Part shown: one piece after another, positions 8,994 through 15,977 of the stretch | Numbering within the stretch: position 1 is the stretch's first letter | Layout of the letters: each line of letters starts with the position of its first letter | IMG/VR virus record: IMGVR_UViG_3300031920_000007 | Coordinates: 1 to 23,374 of that record | Length of the DNA: 23,374 bases | Reading direction: 5' to 3' (one strand) | Source of the DNA: a virus | Program-made: the position numbers and the translations under genes | Notes under the pieces: generated by a model | What the model was told of the DNA's origin: nothing | The model's input: the letters and a program-made list of their open reading frames with translations, nothing else | Database searches by the model: none

Positions 8994-9434
8994 TTAAAAG
9001 TCTATTGTTATTTCTTCTAGGAATTGTGATCCTATATATTCTGATATTATTAGTTCATCATAGAACTTTCTAGCTGGTAAGCCAAAGGCTCTGTTTCTAT
9101 ATCCACTACCCATTCCAAAATTAGGTGCTGGTTGTGGGTTTGTAATACCACCAAAGTCACTCAAGAATGGCTTGTGATATGAAGCTTGATTATAGTTAGG
9201 TAAGACACCATAGTTTTGATACCATCCATACTCTAACATGTTAAACTCAATTGAGTTACTACCAGTAAATGACCAAGAGATACTACCTCTAAGTGCACCA
9301 GTATCAACAGGTACATTCTGTTTCATAGTCACTACTACTTGATCACCAATCTCTGCTAAGAGTGTTTGAGGATCTGAGAGTGCTTCACCTAATTGAGCTA
9401 AGTCATTAACAAACTGTGATACTGTTTCTGCCAT
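8994..9434 (-). CDS. HK97 gp10-like head-tail joining / tail completion protein.
   Basis: 146 aa. The motif NVPVDTGALRGSI matches the conserved PVDTGxLRxSI signature of the HK97 gp10 family, recalled from memory. Confidence 0.6.
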   Translation of the reverse strand: MAETVSQFVNDLAQLGEALSDPQTLLAEIGDQVVVTMKQNVPVDTGALRGSISWSFTGSNSIEFNMLEYGWYQNYGVLPNYNQASYHKPFLSDFGGITNPQPAPNFGMGSGYRNRAFGLPARKFYDELIISEYIGSQFLEEITIDF

Positions 9435-10372
9435 TACTCTTCTCTACCTATTTTAAGTGTACCTCCTATTAGCTGTTGTATACTAGTCTCAGCTTGTCCA
9501 ACTACATCTTGTATATGTATAAACTCCCACACATATGTTGGTCCTGCTACTGGCACTATGGCTCTGTAAGTTGCTCTAAATCTATATTGTTTAGTAGCAG
9601 ACTCAAAGGTAGTTGGCCATCCTTCTGCAAAGATAGGTTCTATGTATGTAATACCTGCACCATCTACTAATTGTTGGATAACTGGTTGTGTTGGTATAGT
9701 CTCACCAACTGCTGGTTGATTAATGGTTATGTTCTGATCTATCTTAAACTCATATTCACCTGGTGTTAGTGATGTGTATTTGTTAGTATCCCATGCATTT
9801 TCAGGATCATAGATAGTTGTAGTAAATGGGAATACATCATCTATACCAAAATCTGCGCCTATAGTATTCTCAGTTCCATTCAGTACACTAACTATTTCTT
9901 TAAATGATTGGAATGGATATACACATGCATCTAATGGTGTTGGTACTTGTATTGTTATAGTTGCTGTCATACCTGCTAACTCATCTTGATACTTCTCTTT
10001 GAATGGAGTGTATGTAATACCAGTTAAGGTTACTTCAGGTTGATCTCTATAGTAATAGTAAAGTCTCGCTAACATATCATCAATGTACAATTGACACTGT
10101 GATTGGATTGAGATGTAGTTATCATACTCATCACCCTCTTCAGTTCTCGCCATGTCCATTACTATCATATTGAATGAGTAGTTCATAACTGAGTTATCTC
10201 TAGTATTAGAACCTGGTAATAAGAACACATAAGGGTAATCTACACCTTGTTCTTCTGGTCCTAATTGTGATTGTGTCTTTAAGTCTGATAGTTGTCCATA
10301 ACCAAAGTCTTTCAACATTCGGTGTTCACCAACTATGGTTCTAAATCTGTTTATAATCTCTTTGTATGTCAT
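9434..10372 (-). CDS. Hypothetical virion (neck or tail) protein.
   Basis: 312-aa ORF. Its start overlaps the upstream stop by 4 nt and its stop overlaps the downstream start. The call rests on context only. Confidence 0.4.
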   Translation of the reverse strand: MTYKEIINRFRTIVGEHRMLKDFGYGQLSDLKTQSQLGPEEQGVDYPYVFLLPGSNTRDNSVMNYSFNMIVMDMARTEEGDEYDNYISIQSQCQLYIDDMLARLYYYYRDQPEVTLTGITYTPFKEKYQDELAGMTATITIQVPTPLDACVYPFQSFKEIVSVLNGTENTIGADFGIDDVFPFTTTIYDPENAWDTNKYTSLTPGEYEFKIDQNITINQPAVGETIPTQPVIQQLVDGAGITYIEPIFAEGWPTTFESATKQYRFRATYRAIVPVAGPTYVWEFIHIQDVVGQAETSIQQLIGGTLKIGREE

Positions 10373-11031
10373 GATTTAATCTTTTGTTTGCGTGCTTGTT
10401 GTGCTGCTGCTAAGGCCTTCTCTTTCTTTATCTGTAAGAAGGTTAAGACTTTATGTAATGGCTCTTCTGTTATCTGATCCATCTTAAGTATGTCTTCACC
10501 TGCTAGTTCTACTATTACTTTATACCAGCCACGTGCAACATCTTTAGGATCAAACTCTTTATCAGTGTCTATGTAGTCAGAGTCATTGTCATTCAGATCA
10601 AAGAGTTGAGCGTACTGTTTATATATTGAACCTCTCCACTTGACATACTGTTCGACAGCTGCTAAGCCTTCATTTGCCCATGGTGTATCTACCTTTAAGA
10701 TACCTAAGATATCTGTGATGTGCTTCTCAATACCAAGAGAGACGAAACAATCTAAATCTACGAACTGACCAAACTTGATGTCTTCTAATTTAGGTTGGTG
10801 TTTCAGAGTTCTTAGGTTCATCGCTGTTATGATAAGACCTATAAACAATTCCATTGATTTAGGATCAGCACCATTGAATGCCTCCGCCGGGACATGCATA
10901 CATGTATTGATAATCCAAGGCCAGTGTGCAGCATTCTCGAATTCCCACTGTTGTAACTGTTGCCACTCTTCAATGGTAAACCTTTCAGGTATGTTGTACT
11001 TAGTGTTGTCTATGTTAACTGTGATGCTCAT
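10369..11031 (-). CDS. Hypothetical protein; possible assembly chaperone.
   Basis: 220-aa acidic protein with a basic helical tail (KKEKALAAAQQARKQKIKS), immediately downstream of terL. The functional guess is weak. Confidence 0.35.
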   Translation of the reverse strand: MSITVNIDNTKYNIPERFTIEEWQQLQQWEFENAAHWPWIINTCMHVPAEAFNGADPKSMELFIGLIITAMNLRTLKHQPKLEDIKFGQFVDLDCFVSLGIEKHITDILGILKVDTPWANEGLAAVEQYVKWRGSIYKQYAQLFDLNDNDSDYIDTDKEFDPKDVARGWYKVIVELAGEDILKMDQITEEPLHKVLTFLQIKKEKALAAAQQARKQKIKS

Positions 11032-11035
11032 ATAG

Positions 11036-11049
11036 TATTAAATATAAAT
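11036..11049 (-). promoter_or_regulatory. Conserved 14-mer (minus strand ATTTATATTTAATA) 4 nt upstream of the ATG of the 220-aa gene.
   Basis: Plus-strand tattaaatataaat is identical to 3520-3533. Both 31-33-nt intergenic regions also begin TAATTCA after the preceding stop codon. Confidence 0.3.
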
Positions 11050-11064
11050 GTGGTTGATTATGAA

Positions 11065-12291
11065 TTACCTTCCTCCCATAACGGCGTACTGTCCATATGA
11101 TTTATTTTGTAGACGATTCCAGTTTGAAATACAAAGTGCTATTATCATATCATCATGGAATGGTGTTCTAGCTGCATACCTTACGTTTCTAGTCTTAGGA
11201 TTATAAGACATCTCGAAGACTTCTAATTCATGATGTAGTTCTTGTGATAGATGTTCATCTGGTATCATGATCTGTCCTTCGTTAAATGCAAGTATTAAAG
11301 ATTCTACTATGTCTTTCTTACTAGAGTTAGAGGTAACAAACGGGTGTGTGTCTTGGTACTGCTTCTTAATAGACTCAAAGATAACTGTACCCATTGAGTT
11401 AGTCTCAATCATTAAGGTTGCACCATATTTTCTGGCTAATAAGAGTATATTGTTTTGCATTACTTCCCAATCCTTTTGGTTATCTCTGTATATTTCTATT
11501 ACATTACCTGTTTGGTCCATTGCTATAGCTACTGTGTAATCTGATTCTCTACCTAAATCTACTCCTATAAATACTTTACCATTTCTATTAGGGTATTGGG
11601 TAAATGTATTTACTTTAAAGTTAGAGAAGACCATTGATTCTCCTTCTAAGAACTCTCCTTGGTATTCTGCTCTATAGATGGCATCTGGTAATACTTTTTT
11701 GGCTGCTGCTATTTCTTCTGGATTAATATAAGGATTATCACCCTGTTCCATGCGCACGCTAGCATAGTTAGGATACTCAGGGTTCTGTCCTAATTGAAAC
11801 ATATTATAGAAATAGTCTCTACCTCTAGGTGTACTAAACAGGACTACTTTTTTACCATGTACTAGAGCAGTTGGTTCGATCGCTCTACGGTATGCATCTT
11901 CTGATTGGTATGAGGCTTCATCCATAAATAGATAGTCGAATGTATACCCTCTTAAACCATCCTCTCTTTCTGATGATCTGAAGTATATCTTACTACCTGT
12001 TTTAAGTTTGATCTCATGATTAGAGAAGTTAGTAGCTTCTACTATACCTGAATTTTTAATGGCTTCATATAGATCTTCCATTAGTTTTCTTGCTTGGCTA
12101 TAGATTGGTGCTATTATTCCTATCTTACTGCCTTTATGGTTTATTCCATAGTATAAGATTAGGTTGATTAGTAGTAGTGATTTACCCTGTTGACGCGGAG
12201 AAACCACAGTGATATACTTTTCAGGTGTATCTACTATGGTGTTAATTACTCTCTGTTGTCCAATGTGTGGATTAAATCCAGTTACATTCAT
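11065..12291 (-). CDS. terL: Terminase large subunit.
   Basis: 408 aa. Walker A-like VVSPRQQGKS, Walker B-like DYLFMDEASY, and nuclease-domain acidic motifs (IGVDLGRESDYT, FHDDMIIAL). Confidence 0.85.
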   Translation of the reverse strand: MNVTGFNPHIGQQRVINTIVDTPEKYITVVSPRQQGKSLLLINLILYYGINHKGSKIGIIAPIYSQARKLMEDLYEAIKNSGIVEATNFSNHEIKLKTGSKIYFRSSEREDGLRGYTFDYLFMDEASYQSEDAYRRAIEPTALVHGKKVVLFSTPRGRDYFYNMFQLGQNPEYPNYASVRMEQGDNPYINPEEIAAAKKVLPDAIYRAEYQGEFLEGESMVFSNFKVNTFTQYPNRNGKVFIGVDLGRESDYTVAIAMDQTGNVIEIYRDNQKDWEVMQNNILLLARKYGATLMIETNSMGTVIFESIKKQYQDTHPFVTSNSSKKDIVESLILAFNEGQIMIPDEHLSQELHHELEVFEMSYNPKTRNVRYAARTPFHDDMIIALCISNWNRLQNKSYGQYAVMGGR

Positions 12292-12617
12292 TAATCGTCT
12301 GTGTTATCCTCTTGTATTCTTTTATCAGAATCAATAGGTGGTCCGAAACTAAACTTAAGTTCTTTAAAGATATCTTCACCATCTGCACCTGTTACCTCAG
12401 TTCTGGCTAACGCTGGTACAAATCTTTCAGATAACTTAATGATTAGATCCATAGCTTTAGCAGGATCTTCTGATGCGATCTGAGATATCCATCTATCCAT
12501 GTTTGGTAGATTAGATTCTACTAACATAGCAAATGCTTCCTTCATCAGTTTAGTTGATTTGTTTGGTCCAGTTCTACCCTTTCTCTGGATATTAGGGTCA
12601 TCTTTTTTAAATGGCAT
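12291..12617 (-). CDS. terS: Putative terminase small subunit.
   Basis: 108 aa, directly upstream of and overlapping terL by 1 nt. It has a basic N-terminus and the segment DPAKAMDLIIKLSERFVPALARTEV, as seen in small terminases (from memory). Confidence 0.55.
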   Translation of the reverse strand: MPFKKDDPNIQRKGRTGPNKSTKLMKEAFAMLVESNLPNMDRWISQIASEDPAKAMDLIIKLSERFVPALARTEVTGADGEDIFKELKFSFGPPIDSDKRIQEDNTDD

Positions 12618-12738
12618 CTGTGTCTCGTTTTTTTCTATTTAGTTTCTTTAGATCTTTTATAGTTTGATCTAATATCTCGTGAGTCTTTGCTCTTATGGTA
12701 TACTTAATACCTTTAACTGTTATTTCTGTCTTTATCAT
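12607..12738 (-). CDS. Possible 43-aa ORF (MIKTEITVKGIKYTIRAKTHEILDQTIKDLKKLNRKKRDTDAI) filling the apparent gap upstream of terS.
   Basis: Hand-translated. It overlaps both neighbours (11 nt and 26 nt). There is no other support. Confidence 0.2.
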   Translation of the reverse strand: MIKTEITVKGIKYTIRAKTHEILDQTIKDLKKLNRKKRDTDAI

Positions 12739-12976
12739 GGTTAAGATCTATATAATTTTGGTTTAATGCATCTGAAGCAATTGCTATATTGTAATGGTGC
12801 ATTATATTTTTTTTAGCAGTAGTTACGCAGCGACCACAACCTGTTGGTTTAGTCGGTGTATTAGTAACATCACTTACTATCTGGAATAACATTGTATTCT
12901 CTTGTGGTGTTAGTTTTCTACTGGTGGTAAAGATTAACATGTTATCTGTTACCCATTGTTTGTGTTGCTCTTGCAT
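12713..12976 (-). CDS. Hypothetical protein, 87 aa from the internal ATG.
   Basis: The track ORF runs 12713..13030, but that start overlaps the upstream gene by 50 nt. The ATG at 12976 (MQEQHKQW) lies 4 nt past the upstream stop (12981-12983). Contains GCGRC. Confidence 0.45.
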   Translation of the reverse strand: MQEQHKQWVTDNMLIFTTSRKLTPQENTMLFQIVSDVTNTPTKPTGCGRCVTTAKKNIMHHYNIAIASDALNQNYIDLNHDKDRNNS

Positions 12977-12980
12977 ATTA

Positions 12981-13214
12981 TTAAATATATTTATAGATGA
13001 TGTTGGCGGTAACTGCAGAGATTGCAGCATAAAGTATACCTACTGGTCCAAATTGAATACACAGTGGAACTACTGACATCCAATAAGTTAGACACATGTC
13101 ACACTTAAATGGTTTGTTAGGTAAATCATCTTCTTTATCTAAGGTTACCATTAGATCTGCTGTTAAATGTCCTAAGCATGCAAATCCTATTATCTGTAGT
13201 ATTATATTAAACAT
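12981..13214 (-). CDS. Small multi-pass membrane protein with a CxxC motif.
   Basis: 77 aa. Hydrophobic N- and C-terminal segments flank KPFKCDMCLTYWMS. Confidence 0.55.
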   Translation of the reverse strand: MFNIILQIIGFACLGHLTADLMVTLDKEDDLPNKPFKCDMCLTYWMSVVPLCIQFGPVGILYAAISAVTANIIYKYI

Positions 13215-13734
13215 AGTTTATATTGTTATTATTTAGTATTTCTTTTACATAGTCTCTTGCCTCTTCTACTGCCTTTGCTATTGTAGTTCTAGGTATTTTA
13301 GTTTGGCGTGCGAGTTCTGAGAAGTTTGGCTCTTTAGTATACATTTCCAGTAGTGTAGCGCGAAACCATAACTCTATTGATTCTGCCTTCATATCTTCCA
13401 GTACACCACAGATAGCTTCTGTTGCTATATCTTGTTCGTGGTCGTATATGTTATCGTCTTGTCTATTATCGTACGAGGGTGTTAGACTGTGCACTCTACC
13501 TTTTTGTCTGTATATTGTATGATACTGACTAGTTGATGAGTTAAACGATCTCCATATAATACCAGATAAGAAAGACATACCCTTTCCACTATCAACTAAT
13601 TCTTGTGCACGTTCATGTGTCATAAATTGTTCTATTGCAAAGTGTGCAACGTCTTCAGATTCATGACTACCTTTACATATCTTCTTCGACATTAGGATTA
13701 TCTCTTCGTACTGTTTAGTTAGGAACTTATTCAA
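13207..13734 (-). CDS. Sigma-70 family (ECF-like, regions 2 and 4) transcription factor.
   Basis: 175 aa. N-terminal region-2-like EDVAHFAIEQF...FLSGIIWRSF. C-terminal HTH FSELARQTKIPRTTIAKAVEEARDYVKEIL resembles sigma region 4. Confidence 0.55.
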   Translation of the reverse strand: MNKFLTKQYEEIILMSKKICKGSHESEDVAHFAIEQFMTHERAQELVDSGKGMSFLSGIIWRSFNSSTSQYHTIYRQKGRVHSLTPSYDNRQDDNIYDHEQDIATEAICGVLEDMKAESIELWFRATLLEMYTKEPNFSELARQTKIPRTTIAKAVEEARDYVKEILNNNNINYV

Positions 13735-13954
13735 ATCTATCTAAAATATCTTTTAAGATTAGACACCTTTCGTAGTGTTCAACCTGTTCTAACAATATAA
13801 GATCTCCTTTAAGTTCATCTATTGCTGTGTCAAAGTCCATATCATTACGATCATAATAATATTCAAAGACTAGTTCTTGTATTAGTTCTTTAGCTTTATC
13901 ATCTTCTAATGAATAACCATCAAGTACTAGTTTCTTTAAGTGTTCCCTTCTCAT
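13727..13954 (-). CDS. Small acidic hypothetical protein.
   Basis: 75-aa ORF translationally coupled on both sides (overlaps of 1 and 8 nt). Confidence 0.5.
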   Translation of the reverse strand: MRREHLKKLVLDGYSLEDDKAKELIQELVFEYYYDRNDMDFDTAIDELKGDLILLEQVEHYERCLILKDILDRFE

Positions 13955-14442
13955 TATCTATCTTTCTTTTTTATGTAAGGTAGGGCTTCTCTACTAATAT
14001 GGAATTCTTTAATACCAAATGTGTTTCTATCACAAGCATTCTTTGGATCTTCTCCAGTTATTAAATTTTGGTTAAGACATCCTAAGAGGTACATCCATAT
14101 AAACTTCTGTCTATCTTCTTTTAACTCTTTAGTGTACATACATTCTTTCTTGGGTCTACCTGTGTGTTTAGTTTGTTTTATTACTGGTTCTTTTAAACTA
14201 AAGCATACTACTGTATCATATAGTTTACCAACTTCTATGTTATCAGATATCTCAGGAAACTCTCTTAACCAATCTAATAAACCCATTGATCTCTTATTAC
14301 ATATCCTTACTAAGTCATCTACGTGTAAAGTATAGGTAGTATCGAATCCATTCAATCTACACATTCTATCTGCGAATGCTACAAACGTTAATACTCCTTC
14401 GTCCTTTATTGTTGTTGCCCATTTCGGAACTTTTATTTCCAT
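13954..14442 (-). CDS. Hypothetical early protein with an AT-hook-like motif.
   Basis: 162 aa. The central KHTGRPKKE resembles an AT-hook core (GRP flanked by basic residues). Leader aaaacaaacaac-ATG. Confidence 0.5.
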   Translation of the reverse strand: MEIKVPKWATTIKDEGVLTFVAFADRMCRLNGFDTTYTLHVDDLVRICNKRSMGLLDWLREFPEISDNIEVGKLYDTVVCFSLKEPVIKQTKHTGRPKKECMYTKELKEDRQKFIWMYLLGCLNQNLITGEDPKNACDRNTFGIKEFHISREALPYIKKKDR

Positions 14443-14471
14443 GTTGTTTGTTTTATTATTTATCTTAATTA

Positions 14472-15032
14472 TTAATATTCATTATCAAAGCCTATAGCTA
14501 AAGCTTGCAGCTTAAGGTCAATATCATCAGGCTTTACTTCTTCCTTAAAAATATCAAAAGAAAACTTTTCAGGCTTGGTACTTTTTATGGTATCTTCTAT
14601 GGTAACCTTATCTGGTACCTTATCTGGTATATGGGTTGTGCACGGTGTGCATTCCAGTGGTGCATCTAGTGCACTATCACTGTGCATATTGTGCAAGGTA
14701 GTAGTGCACGGAGTGCATGGTGGCAGTGCATCAAGTGCATAGTACCCTTTATCTAATACAAACTCTAATTGATCATGATTAATCCTAAGTACTTGTCTAT
14801 TATTAGTAAGTCTTCTAACTACTTCTATTATCTCATAGTCTTTTAATTTCTTAATAATAGTAAAATACTTTCTAGATTTGATATGATACTTCTCACAGTA
14901 TTCCTTTTGAGATTGAAAGTGTTCTCCTTTCTTTTTCTTATTAGTAGACCATGAATCTATAACTGCAACCATCATTGCTTCTTCATATCCTAGTTTTAGG
15001 TGATCGTTTGGTATTTGTTTAAACTCTTTCAT
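14472..15032 (-). CDS. Winged-helix replication-initiator-like protein (lambda O-like organisation).
   Basis: 186 aa. The N-terminal ~90 aa are HTH/wing-like (KEYCEKYHIKSRKYFTIIKKLKDYEIIEVVRR). The central linker is encoded by the GTGCA repeat array. The call is an inference from architecture. Confidence 0.5.
   Translation of the reverse strand: MKEFKQIPNDHLKLGYEEAMMVAVIDSWSTNKKKKGEHFQSQKEYCEKYHIKSRKYFTIIKKLKDYEIIEVVRRLTNNRQVLRINHDQLEFVLDKGYYALDALPPCTPCTTTLHNMHSDSALDAPLECTPCTTHIPDKVPDKVTIEDTIKSTKPEKFSFDIFKEEVKPDDIDLKLQALAIGFDNEY
14605..14628. repeat. Exact 12-bp tandem duplication (ACCTTATCTGGT x2) adjacent to the iteron-like array.
   Basis: Read directly from the sequence. It encodes PDKVPDKV on the minus strand. 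Confidence 0.8.
14638..14747. repeat. Five tandem 22-bp units, each GTGCAY-N3-GTGCAN-N7. Candidate iterons / replication origin.
   Basis: GTGCA starts at 14638, 14647, 14660, 14669, 14682, 14691, 14704, 14713, 14726 and 14735. Spacing alternates strictly 9/13 bp. Confidence 0.85.
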
Positions 15033-15661
15033 TATGATCTAACTTGATTATATTGTCTCATCTCTGTCGCTGTCATGTGTTTTTGTAACCACACATATAT
15101 AGTACTATGGTGAACATCTAAAGTTTCACCAATGTCTACGAGTTTCATTCCTGAGCGTCTTAACTCTACAGCTGTTAGTTGCTTTGCTTGTTTTAATTGC
15201 ATAATAGTTTGTGTTCTATCTAAATGTACTTGACGACTTGTTTCTCTATCATTATACCATTTCTCTAATTGATCAGTAGTCATACTCTTTTTCATTGCGA
15301 TAGCAGCATTGATATTGTCAGAGTGAGTTGCCCATCTTAGATTACTAACCTTATTGTTTAGTTTGTTGCCATCTATATGATCAATAGTATTTTCATCTTC
15401 GAATGGTTCTCTCATAAATGCTAGTGCCACTAGTTTATGTACATACTTTTCAGGTGCATCGTTAGTACTGATCGCAAGATAACGGCTAGCTCTGTGTCCA
15501 CCTGTTAGAAAGGTTTTAATTGGTTTTTCTTTGTCATTGTGACCATGTGTCATCTTAACATTACCACGATCTGATATCCACCATTGATTTGATTTAGGAT
15601 ACCTACCTCTCATGTAACTTTTTGTGTGGAATAATACCCACTTTTCATTTGTGTTTGTCAT
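15032..15661 (-). CDS. HNH homing endonuclease (NUMOD4-like N-terminus, HNH_3 core, C-terminal HTH).
   Basis: 209 aa. WWISDRGNV (NUMOD4-like), HKLVALAF...IDHIDGNKLNNKVSNLRWATHSDN (HNH), and C-terminal LVDIGETLDVHHSTIYVWLQKH (HTH). Confidence 0.85.
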   Translation of the reverse strand: MTNTNEKWVLFHTKSYMRGRYPKSNQWWISDRGNVKMTHGHNDKEKPIKTFLTGGHRASRYLAISTNDAPEKYVHKLVALAFMREPFEDENTIDHIDGNKLNNKVSNLRWATHSDNINAAIAMKKSMTTDQLEKWYNDRETSRQVHLDRTQTIMQLKQAKQLTAVELRRSGMKLVDIGETLDVHHSTIYVWLQKHMTATEMRQYNQVRS

Positions 15662-15693
15662 AATACATTGTTTTTATTTGTTAGTGTATACTT

Positions 15694-15723
15694 GTTATAC
15701 TAGATATCTATCCTTTGTTTCAT
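15694..15723 (-). promoter_or_regulatory. Promoter-like element P_c (ATGAAA-N18-TATAAC) for the HNH/replication/terminase block.
   Basis: On the minus strand, ATGAAAC (15723-15717), an 18-nt spacer holding the perfect palindrome TAGATATCTA (15701-15710), then TATAAC (15699-15694). About 32 nt to the ATG at 15661. Confidence 0.5.
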
Positions 15724-15771
15724 GGCGACTCGTCACTTTTGCGCATTATATTAGGATATTATTATATTATA

Positions 15772-15801
15772 TTGAAACAGTATGAAAGTTTGGGGTATAA
15801 T
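15772..15801 (+). promoter_or_regulatory. Promoter-like element P_d (TTGAAA-N18-TATAAT), divergent from P_c.
   Basis: TTGAAA at 15772-15777, TATAAT at 15796-15801. No long ORF lies downstream, and a terminator follows ~60 nt later. Confidence 0.5.
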
Positions 15802-15807
15802 AAATGT

Positions 15808-15897
15808 AATAACACTTAGATGTTTTGTTATTATTGTTTTAATTTTATTATGTATATATGGAAAAGCCAGAGTTCATGATCGTCTCTGGCTTTTTTA
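15808..15897 (+). ncRNA. Candidate ~90-nt small transcript (sRNA, or mRNA for a 19-aa peptide).
   Basis: Bracketed by P_d and the hairpin plus T6 at 15862-15896. An internal 8-bp hairpin pairs TAATAACA (15807-15814) with TGTTATTA (15826-15833). A mini-ORF at 15820..15879 encodes MFCYYCFNFIMYIWKSQSS. Confidence 0.25.
15862..15896. terminator. Bidirectional intrinsic terminator.
   Basis: AAAAGCCAGAG - 11-nt loop - CTCTGGCTTTT, followed by TT. The A-tract and T-tract flanks allow function on both strands. Confidence 0.65.
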
Positions 15898-15910
15898 TGT
15901 TCACTAGTGA

Positions 15911-15948
15911 GCAAAAGAAAACCCGTACAAAATGGCTTAAGTACGGGT
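15911..15948 (-). terminator. Intrinsic terminator ending the late (fibre) operon.
   Basis: 8-bp GC-rich stem ACCCGTAC/GTACGGGT (15921-28 / 15941-48). On the minus strand it is followed by TTTCTTTTG. Confidence 0.7.
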
Positions 15949-15977
15949 CAACTAAAAGTAATAACTTACGACAGCTA

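Noticed and set aside
12977-13030. The upstream ATG (13030) of ORF 12713..13030.
   Set aside because: It would overlap the preceding membrane-protein gene by 50 nt. The internal ATG at 12976 follows that gene's stop by 4 nt, matching the tight coupling seen elsewhere.
14638-14747. GTGCA repeat array considered as a CRISPR array.
   Set aside because: The units are 22 bp with only 5-6 conserved bases. There is no 25-40-bp repeat/spacer alternation and there are no cas genes. The array lies inside a coding region. The iteron interpretation fits better.
15724-15747. The GC-rich island (ggcgactcgtcacttttgcgcat) between P_c and P_d, considered as a structured RNA or mini-ORF (MRKSDESP on the minus strand).
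   Set aside because: It is too short, has no convincing hairpin, and lies upstream of both putative start sites. It is kept only as a possible protein-binding site within the promoter-hub finding.
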